Origin: Candidatus Nomurabacteria bacterium RIFCSPLOWO2_01_FULL_41_18
GTDB lineage: Bacteria > Patescibacteriota > Minisyncoccia > Phycocordibacterales > UBA9973
NCBI GenBank assembly: GCA_001785865.1
Contig: MFUZ01000006.1
Span: 242,315-306,314, forward strand
DNA: 64,000 nucleotides
Direction: 5' to 3'
Shown: positions 63,158-64,000 of the stretch, piece by piece
How the letters are laid out: each line of letters starts with the position of its first letter
How positions within the stretch are numbered: position 1 is the stretch's first letter
Made by a program: the position numbers and the translations under genes
The notes under the pieces: generated by a model
Databases searched by the model: none
Told to the model about the DNA's origin: nothing
What the model saw: only the letters and a program-made list of their open reading frames with translations

Positions 63158-63685
63158 CTATTTTTGTTTTTTAAGCCAATCGATCATCTTGCTGAAAGTG
63201 CTAGCGCCTGATTCTCCGTCCGCAGTCAAGCCCGCATCCTTTTGGAATGCCTTAACCGCGGAGACCGTACCCGCTCCATAATCGTTATCCACCCTGTTTG
63301 AAGTATTGTTATAAATATTCAGGAATTTTTGCACCGTGCCGACTCTCGTGCCATTCGATTTGAGCTTCATCAAGATATTTTCGTCTATCAGTTTTTGCAA
63401 TTCGTTTATGAGCGTCTGATGCTTGTACATAGTTGCCACCGGTGCTTCTGGATTTTTCTCTACGATCGGCGCTGCGACCTCTTCCCTTGCTTGCAAGATC
63501 GCAAGTTCGGCGCCGAGGCGCTTGATTTCTTTCTTGTAATTTTCATTTTCCTTTTCCAGCTGTTTTACTTTCTGGCTGGCTACGTATTCTGTGCCAGACT
63601 GGATGGTATTTACCGACCAATACAGGGCGAGAGCGAGCAAGGACAAAACAACAATTGAGAATAAAATAAGTTTTAATTTTTCCAT
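63158..63685 (-). CDS. Membrane-anchored peptidoglycan-binding-domain protein
   Basis: N-terminal TM, coiled coil, VQKFL...DNDYGAGTVSAVKAFQKDAGLTADG. Confidence 0.8.
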   Translation of the reverse strand: MEKLKLILFSIVVLSLLALALYWSVNTIQSGTEYVASQKVKQLEKENENYKKEIKRLGAELAILQAREEVAAPIVEKNPEAPVATMYKHQTLINELQKLIDENILMKLKSNGTRVGTVQKFLNIYNNTSNRVDNDYGAGTVSAVKAFQKDAGLTADGESGASTFSKMIDWLKKQK

Positions 63686-63827
63686 ATGCTTATATATTAC
63701 CAAACACCGAAAAAAAATGATAGTGTCGAGGCAAGACTCCATATTTTACTAGCTTGTAAATGCTTTAATGTTGTTTTTCCTGCAATTTCTGATACTATGA
63801 TAAAAGTTCTTTCTAGAATAAATAAAT

Positions 63828-63902
63828 TCCGGGGTAGCTCAGCGGTAGAGCGGTCGCCTGTTAAGCGATTGGTCGTAGGTTCGATCCCTACCCCCGGAGC
63901 CA
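63828..63902 (+). tRNA. tRNA-Asn(GTT)
   Basis: TCCGGGG acceptor stem, loop CTGTTAA, GGTTCGATCCC, encoded CCA. Confidence 0.95.
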
Positions 63903-64000
63903 GTATGATATACTGTAATAATTAATGAAAATTAGAATTAGTTTAATAGCCATTTTCTCTATAATATTCATGACGGCTTTGCTCTGTTTTTCCATTTTTC

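Overview
This is a bacterial chromosome segment in the standard genetic code with compact, AT-rich intergenic regions. The gene content (split transketolase, short ValS, PrsW, DUF5671-like and PaaX/Cas2-like genes, a GNVGIG-repeat surface protein) points to Patescibacteria/CPR, probably Parcubacteria; that assignment is an inference. It carries translation genes (tsaD, valS, lepA, leuS, ychF, pth, hisS, def, fmt, raiA, 4 tRNAs), central carbon genes (ppsA, eno, glycerate kinase, tkt, rpe, rpiB, gap), dnaE, murJ, an AT-rich signalling islet and a mannose-glycan operon. The most striking signal is non-genic: many short palindromic or inverted-repeat elements, often inserted in frame inside essential proteins. 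Two candidate mobilising cassettes go with them. One is a GIY-YIG gene bounded by 14-bp inverted repeats and a 5-bp duplication of the rpiB start codon, with a gene-less relative sitting the same way on the lepA start codon. The other is a PaaX/Cas2-like gene bounded by a 40-bp perfect palindrome and its half copy. Also notable are a 1425-aa surface protein whose modules are joined by a DNA-level conserved motif, an identical 32-bp palindrome at two convergent gene junctions, and widespread TATAAT-N6/7-ATG (probably leaderless) starts. Product calls come from motif recognition by eye; no database searches were run.
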